DNA from: Saprospiraceae bacterium
Lineage (GTDB): Bacteria > Bacteroidota > Bacteroidia > Chitinophagales > Saprospiraceae
Assembly (NCBI GenBank): GCA_019187365.1
Contig: JABARE010000046.1
Coordinates: 54,625-118,624 of the forward strand
DNA: 64,000 nt
Direction: 5' to 3'
Shown here: one piece after another, positions 63,065 through 64,000 of the stretch
Layout of the letters: each line of letters begins with the position of its first letter
Position numbering within the stretch: the first letter of the stretch is position 1
Position numbers and translations under genes: made by a program
The notes under the pieces: model-generated
Told to the model about the DNA's origin: nothing
The model's input: only the letters and a program-made list of their open reading frames with translations
Database searches by the model: none

Positions 63065-64000
63065 ATGCAATTATCCGTCTGGCTATCCATCCTTCTGTTG
63101 CTCTACTTCGGCGTGCTGCTGTGGATCGCCCGCCTGACGTCAAAAGATGCCTCCAACGAGAGTTTCTTTATCGGAAAGCGGCGATCGCCCTGGTATGTGG
63201 TTGCCTTTGGGATGATCGGAACTTCCCTGAGCGGGGTCACATTTGTCTCCGTTCCAGGCACCGTCGGTGCCCAGGGATTTCACTACTTTCAGGTCGTCCT
63301 GGGATACTTTCTGGGTTATTTTGTCGTGGCCTTCGTACTGCTGCCCGTTTATTACAAATTGGGCCTGACCTCCATTTATACTTTTTTGCAACACCGCTTC
63401 GGGATGGTTGCTTACAAGACTGGGGCCTCATTTTTCATTGTTTCAAGGACGATAGGAGCGACGGCAAGACTCTACCTCGTCATCAACGTGCTGCAGCTGT
63501 TTCTCCTCAATGACCTCGGCATCCCGTTCGCGTGGTCTGCCAGCGCCATACTGCTCATGATATTGTTGTACACCATTCAGGGAGGGGTAAAAACCATCGT
63601 TTGGACCGACACGCTGCAAACATTTTTTATGTTGGCTGGTCTTGGCCTTTGCACCTACATGCTCCTGGATGATATGGGGATGAGCATAAATTCCTCGCTT
63701 GCCGCGATGGAAGAGAAAAACTTCCTTCGGATGGTGAATGCTGAGTGGAAAAGTCCTTCCCATTTTTTAAAACACATTCTGGGTGGCGCGTTGGTTACCA
63801 TCAGCATGACGGGTATGGATCAGGAGATGATGCAAAAAAACATCAGTGTGACCAGGCTGAAAGATTCTCAAAAAAACATGGTCGTTTTTGCCTGTGTTCT
63901 CGTATTGGTAAACTTCTTGTTCTTGTACCTTGGAGGATTGCTGCACCTGTATGCCGGGAACCAAGACATTGGCGCGCGCGGCGACGATCTGTTTCCCCAC
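63065..64000 (+). CDS. sodium:solute symporter (SSS) family transporter, N-terminal 312 codons (continues beyond the window)
   Basis: It is not in the ORF track because it is open-ended. Translating from ATG 63065 gives MQLSVWLSILLLLYFGVLLWIARLTSKDASNESFFIGKRRSPWYVVAFGMIGTSLSGVTFVSVPG...GGVKTIVWTDTLQ, with no stop to nt 64000. Confidence 0.8.
   Translation, partial: MQLSVWLSILLLLYFGVLLWIARLTSKDASNESFFIGKRRSPWYVVAFGMIGTSLSGVTFVSVPGTVGAQGFHYFQVVLGYFLGYFVVAFVLLPVYYKLGLTSIYTFLQHRFGMVAYKTGASFFIVSRTIGATARLYLVINVLQLFLLNDLGIPFAWSASAILLMILLYTIQGGVKTIVWTDTLQTFFMLAGLGLCTYMLLDDMGMSINSSLAAMEEKNFLRMVNAEWKSPSHFLKHILGGALVTISMTGMDQEMMQKNISVTRLKDSQKNMVVFACVLVLVNFLFLYLGGLLHLYAGNQDIGARGDDLFPH

Overview
This is a 64-kb chromosomal segment from a Bacteroidota genome. 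The phylum call rests on gldA-gldF-gldG, a PorX-type REC-PglZ regulator, SprB-repeat and T9SS C-terminal sorting domains, and TAnnTTTG -7 promoter boxes 5-30 nt upstream of at least 12 genes. I cannot name the lineage more precisely. About 55 protein genes are packed tightly, mostly at roughly 50-65% GC. Housekeeping genes include relA/spoT, tRNA-Leu(UAG), tig-clpP-clpX, truA, glyA, tatC, hutI, fabH, recQ, ftsX-like, truB, rbfA, recG and a serA-like gene. Envelope, gliding and T9SS functions are interleaved with them: porX, gldAFG plus DUF4340, five T9SS cargo proteins including a 1242-aa SprB-repeat protein, three secreted or anchored proteases, and a TPR-CHAT protein. No CRISPR array, integrase, transposase, rRNA or recognisable phage or defence island is visible. 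The least ordinary part is 55.3-61.6 kb. It holds four copies of a MITE-like repeat bounded by terminal inverted repeats (plus possible degenerate relatives at 15.05 kb and 50.74 kb). It also holds a three-unit cluster of bipartite-hairpin repeats whose stems change in a compensatory way, and an AT-rich (about 32-42% GC in sampled lines) two-gene T9SS cargo islet bracketed by these repeats. Other candidates worth a second look: a membrane-tethered S8 protease next to an exported, C-terminally anchored TPR-CHAT protein; a translationally coupled GMC-flavoprotein / two-membrane-protein / dihaem cytochrome c operon; a trpB-like-hyuA-hyuB operon with a long leader; and a thioredoxin-SPOR fusion. 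All functional calls come from motif and family recognition by eye, since no searches were run. Many start codons are uncertain because the ORF track opens at alternative start codons.
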